A stretch of DNA of 64,000 nucleotides from Cyanidioschyzon merolae. Lineage: Eukaryota. Of the stretch, positions 42,498-53,879 are shown piece after piece. Positions within the stretch are counted from its first letter, which is position 1. Every line of letters begins with the position of its first letter. The notes under the pieces are model-generated. The model made no database searches. It worked only from the letters and a program-made list of their open reading frames with translations, and had not been told where the DNA came from. The stretch lies in the NCBI GenBank assembly GCA_000091205.1, contig AP006492.2; one strand, written 5' to 3'. The translations under genes were made by a program, and so were the position numbers.

Positions 42498-44363
42498 TCA
42501 CTTGCACGCCGCCATCATTTCACGCAACTCCGCTTCAGTGAGAAATCCACGCATCAAATTCGGAAGCGTACCAGCGTTCGCAAACGGCTTCAGCGACCAG
42601 TTATGGAGATCAAAGTACACCAGCTGGTTACCGCTCGATGAAATGGACTTGGCATCAGACGGATCTGGAGCAAGGCTCTCGACGCCTGGTCCCGATCGTG
42701 CAAACCACGTCTTGAGCTCCTTGTGATACCGCCAACCTCGATTGAACAACTCCAGTGCAGCATATACTTGTACCAAATCACGCGGATATCCGTAAAAGAT
42801 AAGGATTAACGTCTCCGTTGAAAAGCGTTTGAAATGCGCAGGTTTCAAGCTCACTGTGCATGCGCTGTAACAAGACGGCAGAGCCGCAAATGCATCGAGC
42901 GAGTTGCCCACAGTCTCATCTGTTCGGGTATCCTCCAATGGTGCACCATTTCGTGATAAATCGGGACCAAACGGAGACGAAAACGAAGGATACAACGGCT
43001 CCGCGCTGTTCAGATTCAGACCCAGGGCCGTCAGGTCTACCCCGTGCGCCAATAGCGACAGGTCCGCATTCTGCGAGCGAATCGTCGCCAAGAGTCCCAG
43101 CATGCCGTACGGTGAGCCCCAGGTGCCGTTCTCCGCACCTGCCGCCTGACCCGACGCAGTCCCCGAGCCGTGGGCCAAGTTCAAGAGATTCAGCGCCATG
43201 GACGTCGCGCTGGCCGCAGCGGTCCCAGCTGCAGAGAAGACGCCCGACCGAGCACCAGCTTCAGTGGAAAACTGGCCCATTCCTAGTCGTGCACTCGGAT
43301 TCGGCTCGGCATTGAGTCGCGTACTCCACTCTGGGGCATCGGAGCGTGATCCTGCCGGGCCCGAAGACGACGACGCCGACGACGTTGTTGTTGTTGTTGT
43401 TGTTGCAAGCGATGCCAGCGTCGGCAAGGATGGAGGCGTTGCCAGCGGTGCTGAGGGTAACGGCGGTGGCGCTGATGGCGTTGCTGGTGCTGGCCCTGCT
43501 GCGTACGGCGGCAGCGAAGTGGGCGCTGTCGATGATCCCGTGGCGGATGGTGCTCCAAGGAAGCCGACCGTCGATGTCGACGACGCCGGCGGTATCGACA
43601 TCGCCGCCAGAGCACCGGTACCCGAGGCTCCGTTCCCGGCACCTGCTCCAGTACCAGCAACGAAGGAGTTGGGCACTGCGCCAGCCGTCACGTTGCCACC
43701 TATGGTTCCCAAGGATGGGTTCAGTCGAGAATGGACACCGAGCGTGGCCGGGTTCTGGAGTTTTGATCCCAGCGCCGGAAAGTCTCGCGCAGTAAGCTCC
43801 ACCCGCTGCGACATCGAATACGGGCTCCCCAGAACCCGACCGTACCCCATCATTGCATTGCCAGCTCCCGAGTTGTTCGCTGACTCTCCAAGAGAAGCCT
43901 GCGACGTTGCACCCTGCCCATGATTCAGCATCATTCCCACACCAAGAGCCGGGAAATCCGTCAGGTCGAAAACTGCAGTCTGTTGGCCCATGTGTGACTC
44001 ACTTGACGCGGGCGGTGTTTGGCCCAGTGGCGGAAACAGAGGCGAGCCACTGGTCAGGAGTGCAGGCGACACCGTCAGACCAGCGCTCGTTGTTGCTGTT
44101 GTTGTTGTTGTTGCTGCTGCTGCTGAGGCGTTGAGCGGGCCGCTCCCAAACCCAGCGTTGGAGTCATTAGCAGGGCCAGCTGAAGCCGGCGGTGTGGTCG
44201 CTAACGCGCCGCTTGCTAGCGCAGACGGCCCGTGTAGCTGTTGTGCGAACGACTGGAAGCGCCCAAGAAGCGGCGGGCTCCATCCAGCGCTCCCCGAAGT
44301 CGTCAGACCCTGGCCTCCGCCAGCGCCAGCGTTCGTTGGCATAGCGATGTTACCAGCCCTCAC
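42498..44363 (-). CDS. NOT2: CCR4-NOT complex subunit NOT2 (CNOT2-like) with long low-complexity N-terminus
   Basis: 621 aa. The C-terminal NOT box LTALGLNLNSAEPLYPSFSSPF...FKRFSTETLILIFYGYPRDLVQVYAALELFNRGWRYHKELKTWFAR matches human CNOT2 LTTLGLNLNSPENLYPKFASPW...LLFYLYYMNGGDVLQLLAAVELFNRDWRYHKEERVWITR. Confidence 0.8.
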   Translation of the reverse strand: MRAGNIAMPTNAGAGGGQGLTTSGSAGWSPPLLGRFQSFAQQLHGPSALASGALATTPPASAGPANDSNAGFGSGPLNASAAAATTTTTATTSAGLTVSPALLTSGSPLFPPLGQTPPASSESHMGQQTAVFDLTDFPALGVGMMLNHGQGATSQASLGESANNSGAGNAMMGYGRVLGSPYSMSQRVELTARDFPALGSKLQNPATLGVHSRLNPSLGTIGGNVTAGAVPNSFVAGTGAGAGNGASGTGALAAMSIPPASSTSTVGFLGAPSATGSSTAPTSLPPYAAGPAPATPSAPPPLPSAPLATPPSLPTLASLATTTTTTTSSASSSSGPAGSRSDAPEWSTRLNAEPNPSARLGMGQFSTEAGARSGVFSAAGTAAASATSMALNLLNLAHGSGTASGQAAGAENGTWGSPYGMLGLLATIRSQNADLSLLAHGVDLTALGLNLNSAEPLYPSFSSPFGPDLSRNGAPLEDTRTDETVGNSLDAFAALPSCYSACTVSLKPAHFKRFSTETLILIFYGYPRDLVQVYAALELFNRGWRYHKELKTWFARSGPGVESLAPDPSDAKSISSSGNQLVYFDLHNWSLKPFANAGTLPNLMRGFLTEAELREMMAACK

Positions 44364-47023
44364 ACCAGTTCGCTTGGCCTTCGGCTAGGGGCGTCCAACA
44401 AACAAAACCGTTTGTAAGGTGCAAAGGTTACCACGACTATGAAACCAGGAGCGATACGCACACCGTAGCGCTGCTGTTGCGCTCGACAGCGTGTCCAGGT
44501 CGCTGGCCTCGAACAAACCCCGAGTACCTGCAGTGGCAACAACGCTGCGAAGTTGTGCAGAGCACTGTAGCTGCTGCGGACTCGAGTCCCAACGTTTCGT
44601 GGACGTTACCTTTTAGCTGACAGCGTCCCTGCTCACGTCCAGGGCAGGTCGAAACCAGGGTCAGTGAACGTGGGTGTTATACAGTCCAGTGTAGAAGCAG
44701 CGGTCTGCCGTGCGCTCTCAGGGCGCAAAAACAGCACCACTGCCCGCTAGCGCCAGTTCAACGCCTGGACGACCACTGTTCGCCGGGCGCCAAAAGCACT
44801 GTACCCAGGTGAGCGCTGCCGAACGGTACAGAAACCTGCGGATGAACGTTCGGAGACCGGAAGACCTAACAACTCTTCCAGTAAGCTGGATGCGTCGCGT
44901 GTCCACTGCAAGTGCCGGACGCAGCACACGCAGCAGGAGCGTTTCGCGGAAACAGCTCAAGTCGACTGCCGGTCGCTGTTGCTGTCGGGGAGAACTTGCC
45001 AGCTTTAAGTTTTTTTTTCGGTGAACCGGAGAAAACTTATGAGTCGTAACTATGTTTCCTTCCTGTAAAGATGGAGGCGGGGACGAACTGGAGCCGCAGC
45101 TGCCGCTGCACGCACTCAAGATCCCGGACTCGTGTACGCTACAGCTTGACAAGGCGGGCTTGGGCAAACGCGTCTCCAGAGACGCTCACTCCAGCAGCAT
45201 CAGTATCGAGCGGTCTAGAGCTTGCCTAGTTTCTCTTCGACGAAAGAAAGCGCCGGCGACTTGGTGTGCACGCGCTCATGGACGCTCCCAGAGCGATAAA
45301 GTGCGCTGCGTGTGCAGTGTTCCCGGCATCGAAACACCTTTTCACTTGATGTATCTGGAATGCAGCGATTCATGCAATTGCATCCGCATGTACCCCGAAT
45401 ACTGTTTCGGCATCCATATCAGACGATAATGGAACGAGTCCTTTGGGTCATTGGGAAATTCTAATTTGTTGGGTCTCTTTCCATTGTCATCAAAAGCAGC
45501 TTTTGCGAGCTGGTGCTGCAGCTACCTCCTTTTGCCTTTCATATCTCCGGCTTTCGAGTCGCCTATCTCTCCTATCCATGCAGCTCCATTGTTTTACCGG
45601 TCGAACGAGCTTGATGTCACCGTGAACCTCCGGATTTCGCATCTTCCGGCTGTAGTCCACGCTTCTGGTGGATTGGAGGATGTTGCAATCCTCATTTCGC
45701 TCGCCATTTTCAGTCTACGTTTATGTACAGCCTTGATACGCCCGTCGCAGCGGTGAAACTTGAAGATCATCAGTTGTTCGCACATATCTACAACACCTTC
45801 GACTCCTCTGCATGCTGCCCTGTCGAGTGGGACGCTTGCTGCATCCCTAGGTACATGCCTCTTGGCGAGTGAAGACGATTTTTTCAATATCCCTTTCCGT
45901 TTCGACGCCAAGCACCGTGCGCTAGAATCACGGGCTTCTTCTGGGTGACTCCCGCAGCGCGTACGTTGTCTGCCGCTTGGCCAAGCTCACGCTTTGCCTT
46001 TTCATGGACGAGTGGTGTAACGCGATGATGTGCACAGTCAAAAACGTTCTGTAAGGAGAATCCGCTCTGAATATATAGCGGAGAAATCTCGATCCGTATA
46101 CGCTAGCTTTACCCAAAGCAGTGACCCACGATTGACTGGAATCGATCTCTGCAATGACTCCAGTGCAATTCCGGGACCCTTGTCTGTGCCAGAAGAATAG
46201 CCAAGAGTCCTGGAAGCATATCCCCTATCAAGAATGATACTGAAGTAGACTTGGATTCCGTTGATAGGCGCCGAGCGAAGAGCACTTGTTTTTCAAATAC
46301 AATCGATGATTTGGCGTGCCATACTCATTGATGTTCAGAAACGAGCTCGTTCACAAGTCGTCCATGGACAACATCGAGCATCTTTCGTCGTCAGTCTAAC
46401 TTTGCGAGTTGCTGTGGCCATGAGCAGCCCAGAAACTGGAAGATGCAATCGCTGAAGAAAGCCTGATTTGCGCATGCTACACTAATGCAAAGCGGTAACG
46501 TGCGTAACCTTGAACGTATGAACTGGAAAGTGATAACGCTTCATTTACGAACCTCGAGTCGAGCGCGTCGCGATGCATCTTGATTCCGGTAACGTCCATA
46601 ACTTCAGCGGCAGCGCGTCGCATGCGGTATTCCGAAACAAAAACGATCAAGAAACCTGAAGCTACGCATGAAGCCCCAAACCCATCCAGCTGTACTTGTT
46701 CGTTCGAGGCTGCATATCTAGAAAAACGCCGTAAGAAATCGCAAGACCGGAAAGGATCCAACAGTGCACTGTTCCATTGTAATCTGACACGAGTCGAGAA
46801 GCGAGTAAGGTTCCAGGTTTTAGTACCGCGCAAGCAACACCATTCTCAATACGTTTGGCAAGACGTTGTTCGGCAGATCCTTCTCTCCCACAAGCGTACG
46901 AGTACTGGTTGCAACAACGGTACGCGAGTCGTTCTGCTGTGGTTGTCTTCTGACCTCGAAACTGCTCACTGGACCCGCCGCTCCGCTCCGTGCAAACCGC
47001 AAGAGGCGCGCGATCCACGAAAA

Positions 47024-48493
47024 ATGGCTTCGACATGCTGCTCCGCAACAGCAATCGACACAACGCAGATCGTCATTCTGGGCAGCGGGGGAGCAGCCAT
47101 GGCAGCAGCGATAACCGCTGCAGAGCGGGGTGCTCAAGTGCACGTGGTAGAGCGAGGTACCATAGGCGGCACGTGTGTGAACGTGGGCTGCATCCCGTCA
47201 AAACACCTCGTCCGATGCGGTCAACTGGAGCACTGGTGCGAACTGCACAAGCACCAAACCGTGTCCAACGCAGTGAACGGTTGTCCCTGTCCCGGTATGC
47301 TCGACGCCCCTAAACTGCGTACCGCTCGACAAGCGCTCGTAGAACAGCTTCGCTATCAAAAGTATGAGCGGGTGCTCGGTGAGAACCCCCGAATCACAAC
47401 TTGGCACGGAGAGGCGCGTTTTCACGATCCTCAGAGCGTCTGGGTACGAACCACTGCAGATGACGGCAGTCGTGTCGACACCCTGCTGCGCTTTGATCGT
47501 TGTCTGATTGCTGTGGGTGCTGCACCCTGCATACCGCCGATTGACGGACTCGCAGAGGTCCCTTTCTGGACGTCAACGGAAGCACTGGCGAGCGACCAGA
47601 TACCGCGGAGACTCGCGGTCATCGGGTCGTCTGCTGTAGCGCTCGAACTGGCCCAGGCTTACGCACGTCTGGGTAGTCGCGTCTGGATCCTCGCTCGCCA
47701 TGGACTATGCACGCGAACTGACCCGCTCGTTGGCGATACACTGGGTGCGGCTCTGGTAAGTGACGGACGCATTGAGATCCGCTGCCATACTCGGGTCGAG
47801 CGGGTCCGGTATCGGGACGGCCTGTTCACGATGACGCTGGACTCGCAGGAAACGAGCGTGGAGGTAGACGCTTTGCTGGTTGCGTGTGGGAGACGTCCGA
47901 ACACTGCCGCACTGCAGCTCGATGCAGCTGGTGTGCACTGGGATGCGGCCTCGGGCACTGTCCCAGTCAACGATAGGATGCAGACGAATGTACCAAACAT
48001 ATACGCAGCAGGTGACTGTACGAACATGCCGCAGCTGGTGTATGTGGCGGCTGCAGCTGGTACCCGTGCCGCAATCCAGATGACCGGCGGTGACGCCAAA
48101 CTGGATTTGTCGCTGGTGCCTTGGGTGATCTTTACGGATCCACAGGTGGCGGCTGTGGGTCTCACAGAGGCGGAGGCACATGCGCTTGGTCTCCAGACGC
48201 AGGTGCGCACGCTCCCGGTCACGAATGTGCCACGGAGCATCGTGCACGGCGAAAAGTACGGATTTTTGAAAGTCGTCGCGGATATAACGAGCAAGCGTAT
48301 CCTGGGGGCTCAGGCGGTGGCATCGGAAGCCAGCGACATGATTGCCACCGTCGCGGTTGCCATGCGCGGTGGTCTAACTGTCCCGGATCTGGCGGAGCTG
48401 TTGATACCATACCTCACCGCGAGCGAGGCAGTCAAGCTGGTTGCCCAGTCATTCACGCGTGATGTCCAGAAGCTGTCGTGCTGCGCTGGCTAG
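47024..48493 (+). CDS. merA: Mercuric reductase (MerA) core enzyme, bacterial type, lacking an NmerA metal-binding domain
   Basis: Class I pyridine-nucleotide disulfide oxidoreductase: VILGSGGAAMAAAI (FAD), redox-active GGTCVNVGCIPSK, second Rossmann AVIGSSAVALELA. The C-terminus ...FTRDVQKLSCCAG is near-identical to Tn501/Tn21 MerA ...DVKQLSCCAG (C-terminal Cys pair). The in-frame ORF extends upstream to 46580; Met at 47024 (MASTCC...) gives a MerA-core-sized protein of 490 aa. Stop is TAG. Confidence 0.85.
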   Translation: MASTCCSATAIDTTQIVILGSGGAAMAAAITAAERGAQVHVVERGTIGGTCVNVGCIPSKHLVRCGQLEHWCELHKHQTVSNAVNGCPCPGMLDAPKLRTARQALVEQLRYQKYERVLGENPRITTWHGEARFHDPQSVWVRTTADDGSRVDTLLRFDRCLIAVGAAPCIPPIDGLAEVPFWTSTEALASDQIPRRLAVIGSSAVALELAQAYARLGSRVWILARHGLCTRTDPLVGDTLGAALVSDGRIEIRCHTRVERVRYRDGLFTMTLDSQETSVEVDALLVACGRRPNTAALQLDAAGVHWDAASGTVPVNDRMQTNVPNIYAAGDCTNMPQLVYVAAAAGTRAAIQMTGGDAKLDLSLVPWVIFTDPQVAAVGLTEAEAHALGLQTQVRTLPVTNVPRSIVHGEKYGFLKVVADITSKRILGAQAVASEASDMIATVAVAMRGGLTVPDLAELLIPYLTASEAVKLVAQSFTRDVQKLSCCAG

Positions 48494-49183
48494 CACCCCG
48501 ATAACTAGTCCCTGATCCGCCCAATGCGATTCTTGTTGGAAATATGCGACCAGGCATACCTGGTTTCCAGTGCATGCTGCGCCAGCTGTTGACGCCAACG
48601 CCCTGGATACGTGGGATTCGCCATCAAACCGAGTCCAAGGCGGTATCCGTAAATCCGTTCGTTTTCAAACCTAAAAGTCTGGAAATGTTTCAAGTAGTAT
48701 CGACGGCACTGAGGAGCGTCGCACACACGCGCATCCCAACTGGAGTCGCGTACGGGCGACGCGTGTGCGACGCTCCTCAGTGCCGCCTTGTTTGCATCGG
48801 CCAACTGTGCAGTGCCGGCCTGCGACGTACATTAGTATCGTATCGCATCGTATCGTGGCTAGGCTAGGCGAGGCGAAGGACAATGCTTGATGGTGCTCCA
48901 TCGGTGCATCCAAGAGGCTCCCCATGCAGCGCGTTCTCGTTCAATGATCAAGCACGAGGCCTCGTGCCCTTTGAAGACGCTTCAACAAAACCCACATCCA
49001 CCGGTTCAGTCTTCCTGTCGAGCGTAGAAGCGACGCTTTCGACACGCTGCGGTCGCCAACTTGCCGTATCGTGCACCCTGCCTCATATCGCATAGAGTCC
49101 CGAAGCGCTAGACGTTCGCATACGCATCCGGTTGCCTCGAATACAACGCAGCTGTTGGTGGAACGCTACGCTCGCGATACCAG

Positions 49184-50383
49184 TCAAGGAAGAAGCCGAC
49201 GCTCGCCGCGCACCACGCCGTGGTCTGTAAATATCCGAATACCGTGCGTTTCGCTGATTTCAAGCACCTCGCAAGCGCCACCATACGCGGCACTCATGCC
49301 CGTGTCGACACGCCACACGCGACCCCGACACGCTCCATTGATGACGACTTGCGGTGTATGGCCTACAACCATGCGTCGTACACCAGCGCGGCGCAACGTC
49401 TCCTCGAGCTCGCGACAAGCGTCCGAGTCAGAACGCAAATGCGGCGCCGAGTATGTTCGCATCCATACCGGGGAGCGCGAGCCCTTCAGGAACTCTGGCT
49501 TAGATGAGACGTCTGCTGCTGCTGCTGCTGCTGCTGCTGTGGAGCCAAAGCGCGCAACCCCGACTCTGGGGACACTTTCGGTGATGCGCGGTATCGTGGC
49601 CTTCCAGGGATTCATCGGCAGCCGTGTCGACCATGCCGCTGCCGCACGTCGCTCCATCCAGGCACGAGTCTCGGCGTTGAGCCGCTCGAGGCCATACGCC
49701 ACGTGATCCGGACGCAGGCCACCGTGCACAAACAACGTGTCGCCAATGATCAGCACGAGCTGTCCGCGTTCCGCCAAAAGTCGGGCGGTTGGGCACCCCG
49801 GAGCAAGCGCCATCGCGCGGGCACGCTGCTCTCGGGGTAGCGCCTTGACGCGCTGACGCAGCACCGGCGGCAACTCTCGGTAGGCCTTCTCGAGGGCGCG
49901 ACCGGCGAGCTCCCAGTCCCGCCGACGGAACTCGGCAAAACCACCAGGCGTCACGTATCGAAAGTCCAGGTCTACATTCATGACCTCGTGATTTCCGAGC
50001 AGTCGATAGACGGCGCCGCCACGCTCACGCGCTTGCCTGTCGAGGGTGTCGAGAAAGTGCAAGACTGCCCGCTCAGCGTCGCCACGATCGAAGACGTCGC
50101 CGACTTGCACCACGACGGCATCCCCACCGATCCACTCACCATTTTCATTGATCACATTCGCCAGCGATAAACACTTTCGCAACGAAGCCAAGTCACCGTG
50201 AACGTCACCGAGCGCCAGGAGCCTGCGTACGGCGGGGCGGCGTACGCTGGGGCCAGCTGCCGTCACCCGCGCGAACGCTGGGCGCACTTTCCACAACGAA
50301 GCGAGCACATCTGCTCGCAAACGGTGCAAGGCATCTTCACAAGTTCGCTTCCAGTCCACCAGGGTAAGTCCGGCAGATGCCAT
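49184..50383 (-). CDS. Shewanella-like protein phosphatase (SLP/Shelph), calcineurin-like metallophosphoesterase of the PPP family
   Basis: 399 aa. LALGDVHGDL (GDxHG), VGDVFDRGDAE (GDxxDRG), LLGNHEVMN (GNHE). It includes an in-frame (GCA/GCT)n Ala run at about 49510-49540. Confidence 0.7.
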   Translation of the reverse strand: MASAGLTLVDWKRTCEDALHRLRADVLASLWKVRPAFARVTAAGPSVRRPAVRRLLALGDVHGDLASLRKCLSLANVINENGEWIGGDAVVVQVGDVFDRGDAERAVLHFLDTLDRQARERGGAVYRLLGNHEVMNVDLDFRYVTPGGFAEFRRRDWELAGRALEKAYRELPPVLRQRVKALPREQRARAMALAPGCPTARLLAERGQLVLIIGDTLFVHGGLRPDHVAYGLERLNAETRAWMERRAAAAWSTRLPMNPWKATIPRITESVPRVGVARFGSTAAAAAAAADVSSKPEFLKGSRSPVWMRTYSAPHLRSDSDACRELEETLRRAGVRRMVVGHTPQVVINGACRGRVWRVDTGMSAAYGGACEVLEISETHGIRIFTDHGVVRGERRLLP

Positions 50384-51627
50384 GCGCTCGATTCTTCAAA
50401 AAAGAAAACGGTTCAGCAAGGCGAGAGCACTGGCGGCGTCTCTGGGCTCTCGCAAACCGCTCACGCCGTCCGTAGGTGTAGCAAGTGACCAATTCTTCGA
50501 AAATTCCAAGAGCAATTCGTCTAGTTAGAGGCTAGTGGATGCGTGGTTGTCGTCGGCAACCAGCCTCGAGACCTCGTTCGTCTCTGGAAGCCGCCCTCTT
50601 TGCACAAGCCCCAAGCAAACCCTTCGTCAAGGATGAGATGCACTGCCTGCAGCGTGCTGTGAACGATGTGCAGCGAAGGGCACGCGTCCCGCTGAGGCCG
50701 CCGTCTATTGACGGCTATGCAGGCAGAGCGTATCTCCGTTTTGCTCTTTGAAGGTTCGTTGAACCTAACCAGCGATTCCGGACTGTGTCATCAATGGGAG
50801 CGTTTAGAGAAACAGCCAGGATGAAACTCGATATCTCCGAATTCGAAATTGCACGACCCGGGCTTGTCTTCGGACGCCAGACTGCTTTTAGGAAATACTG
50901 GGGTGAAGCGGCGCTAGCGTCGAGCGACGTACATGGAGCGGGTAACGGGCTGCTCACAGAACGTGGTAATTAGATCCGGCCTCTATTCTAGACCGGAGCA
51001 CGGTCTGCGGGCCCTGGAACGATATGACGTCTGCTACCAAAGAATGCTGTCGCCTGCTTGATAGCCGCCAGCACGCACGTATCCAGAGGATTCCGGCATG
51101 ACACTCTGGATCCGCACAACTGGAGCATCGTGGCGGTACGCGCCGAGAACGCCCCCGGGAACGGCTTCGCACTGCCGCCTGACGCAACTGCTGCGCAGCG
51201 GGACTTCACCGCATACGATGCACAGAGACGCATGGAGCACGCGCAATGCACGCCTGTGAACCGCTGGTCACACCATGGATACTATGCTTTATCCGGGAGC
51301 AAACCATAGCCTGAATGGACGCCGCAGGGTGCTGATTTCTGGGTCCCGTCGAGAATCGCAGCCGGGAACGTCGCTCGGTGGTGCCAGGCAGGCGCCGGAA
51401 CGCGTCCAACAGGAGCGCGCCTTTCGCGCACGCATGGCGATGCTTGCACCGCAGGCGCCATCGCCATCAAAAAGAGGTAAAAGAGACAAAATGGTCGCTA
51501 TGTCGACTGTCATCAGAAAGAGAAATACATAGATAAAACGGTCGCTACGGCGATCAAAACCAGAAACCCAAAAACGACGGTTGTCATGCGTTCGTAGCGC
51601 GGCGGACACGCGCTCGAAGCGCCGGCG

Positions 51628-53568
51628 ATGGATGCATTGCATACCGCAGGCGGTTGCTCCAGCAGGAACGTTCGTCGCAGCGTGCCAGCACAGCGCACTA
51701 GGAGGTCGTGTTTCTTTTCCTCTCGACGACAAGGTCATATGCACTCCGCTTTACAACCAGCCGCACAGCCGTGTTTTATCCTGGCGCCCGGTTTGACCAG
51801 TAACCGAAATGGGTTGACGCGTGCTTCGTGCGCGCACGAGCTGCGGCGAGCGCCTTGCGTCTGGCTCGCAAGGCGTCGCTTTCCCCGGCAAACAGCAGGC
51901 CCACAGCACGATGCAAGTTGTCTGGTGCCAAGCTTTCATCGACAGGAACTCCATCGCCAACGAGTTGTTGCGCTATCGCGCCGTCGTACGAAGCGCACTG
52001 CCCCACTAGACATAGTGGCTGAGCGAAGCGACTCGGGCAACGCCCAGGCCGTTTCCGGAACCCAGTTTCAGCAGGAAGCGACTCCGACAGGCGCTCCCGG
52101 CAAGGTCTATGACCGTGTCGTGTGCAAGTTTGGTGGCTCTTCTGTCGCCGACGCGGAACGTATGCGTGAGGTAGCGCGACTTGTGCGGCGTCAGATTGAG
52201 CTGTCCCGCCAGTACCCAGTGGTGGTGCTGTCGGCGATGGGCTCGACCACAAACGACCTCATTGCCGCCGGAGACGCCGCACTTTACGAAGGTATCGTTG
52301 ACTCGACAGTGGTCCGAAACCGCGCCTACGCGGTCTGTGATGCTCTCGGCCTGGACCGGGAGGCGCTCGTGGACCCCCTGCTCATGCAACTGGACCAGCT
52401 GCTCATGGGTGTCAAGTTCATTCGGGAGCTCTCGCCGCGAACCCGAGACTACCTGGTCTCGTTTGGCGAGCGGCTTTCGGTTCGCATTTTCGCAGCGCAT
52501 CTGCTGTACAATGAAGGACTACCTGCACGCGCCTTCGATGCGTTTGACGTCGGCTTTCGAACGGACTCGAATTTTCAGAATGCGGAGATCCTCGAAGAGA
52601 CCTACGACCTTATCCGAAGCTTTTTCGAGCGGGTTGTAAGCAACCAGACCCTAGCGGTGATCACCGGTTTTATTGCGAAGGACAATGAGGGTCACGTTAC
52701 CACTCTGGGGCGCGGAGGCTCCGACTTGACTGCCACCACGCTGGGTGCAGCGCTGGGCGCCACCGAAGTCCAAGTCTGGAAGGACGTCGACGGTATCATG
52801 ACAACGGATCCGCGTCTAGTGCCGAATGCGATACCCGTGGCTGAAATGTCTTTCGAAGAAGCCGCCGAGCTCGCTTACTTTGGCGCCAAGGTTCTGCATC
52901 CGGTGGCGATGCAACCGGCGTTGCGCTTCAATATACCGGTGCGCGTGAAGAACTCGTACAATCCGGAAGCACCGGGCACTGTGATTCTTCGACGGGAGTC
53001 CGCGACCATGGATCGCCCTGTCACAGCGCTCAGCGTGAAACGCGGAGTCCAGTTGGTGGATATTGTATCCACGCGTATGGTCGGTGCATACGGTTTTCTG
53101 GCGCGGGTGTTCGCGTGCTTCGCGACCCACCAGTTAAGCGTGGACGTTATCGCTACATCGGAAGTGAGCCTATCGCTGACACTGGACGCAAACGCCTGCG
53201 ATATGACGCGGCAGCAGCGCATCATTAAGGAACTGCAACAGATCGCACAGGTGAGCTTCAGCTCCGGACGCGCCATCATTAGCATCATCAGCAACGTTCG
53301 GCGGAGTAGCGAAATTCTGGCCAGAGCGATGAAAGTGCTCCACGAGCAGAACATCGAGGTACAAATGATATCCCAGGGAGCTTCCAAATTCAATATTAGC
53401 TTGGTAGTCCACAACGACGAAGCTATCACTGCAGTGCGCGCCTTGCACGATGAGTTCTTCCATTGCTCGCCGTCGGCAAGCAACGGAACGTCGACGTCGG
53501 CGACGGCAGCAGCAGCTGCTGCAGCAGCAGCGAACGCAGACGGCGTCCGCGTCGCGGGTGCCGCTTGA
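51628..53568 (+). CDS. Aspartate kinase (monofunctional, two C-terminal ACT domains), with long Arg/Ser-rich N-terminal extension (transit-peptide-like); true start may be downstream
   Basis: The core begins VVCKFGGSSVADAERM ... VVVLSAMGSTTNDL ... and ends with ACT-like LSVKRGVQLVDIVSTRMVGAYGFLARVF ... ISQGASKFNISLVV. Stop is TGA. Confidence 0.85.
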   Translation: MDALHTAGGCSSRNVRRSVPAQRTRRSCFFSSRRQGHMHSALQPAAQPCFILAPGLTSNRNGLTRASCAHELRRAPCVWLARRRFPRQTAGPQHDASCLVPSFHRQELHRQRVVALSRRRTKRTAPLDIVAERSDSGNAQAVSGTQFQQEATPTGAPGKVYDRVVCKFGGSSVADAERMREVARLVRRQIELSRQYPVVVLSAMGSTTNDLIAAGDAALYEGIVDSTVVRNRAYAVCDALGLDREALVDPLLMQLDQLLMGVKFIRELSPRTRDYLVSFGERLSVRIFAAHLLYNEGLPARAFDAFDVGFRTDSNFQNAEILEETYDLIRSFFERVVSNQTLAVITGFIAKDNEGHVTTLGRGGSDLTATTLGAALGATEVQVWKDVDGIMTTDPRLVPNAIPVAEMSFEEAAELAYFGAKVLHPVAMQPALRFNIPVRVKNSYNPEAPGTVILRRESATMDRPVTALSVKRGVQLVDIVSTRMVGAYGFLARVFACFATHQLSVDVIATSEVSLSLTLDANACDMTRQQRIIKELQQIAQVSFSSGRAIISIISNVRRSSEILARAMKVLHEQNIEVQMISQGASKFNISLVVHNDEAITAVRALHDEFFHCSPSASNGTSTSATAAAAAAAAANADGVRVAGAA

Positions 53569-53879
53569 GAAGTAGCACCAGGTAGCGCGCTACGGCGGTA
53601 GAGGTGCGCGACGCCACCTCGCGTGGCACGCCCGTTGTTGACCCAATCGATAGGAACGATCGGATAAACTCTGACTTGATCGCACGATGCGGGTGTTCGC
53701 TCGTTTGTAGCCGAGCAGCAGTGAGCGTCAATCGATGCAGCGCGTGACGCGCGACGCAACACGCAGTTGATGCGCTGGGTGAATCGGACGCGCTACGTCA
53801 CTGTGCGGTGAAGCGGCACGTACACAGATGTTCCAGAGAAAGCGCACTGAACGCCGGCCAGCTTCAGACATGATGTCAT

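Noticed and set aside
46580-48493. Bacterial contamination or plasmid origin of the window (MerA, FkbM methyltransferase, TnpB-like genes)
   Set aside because: The same contig carries unambiguous eukaryotic genes (Rpn12/PSMD8, CNOT2, cycloartenol synthase, WD40, SLP phosphatase) interleaved with them, and the TnpB-like protein has a eukaryotic NLS-like N-terminus. MerA is better explained as a horizontally acquired gene resident in a eukaryotic genome.
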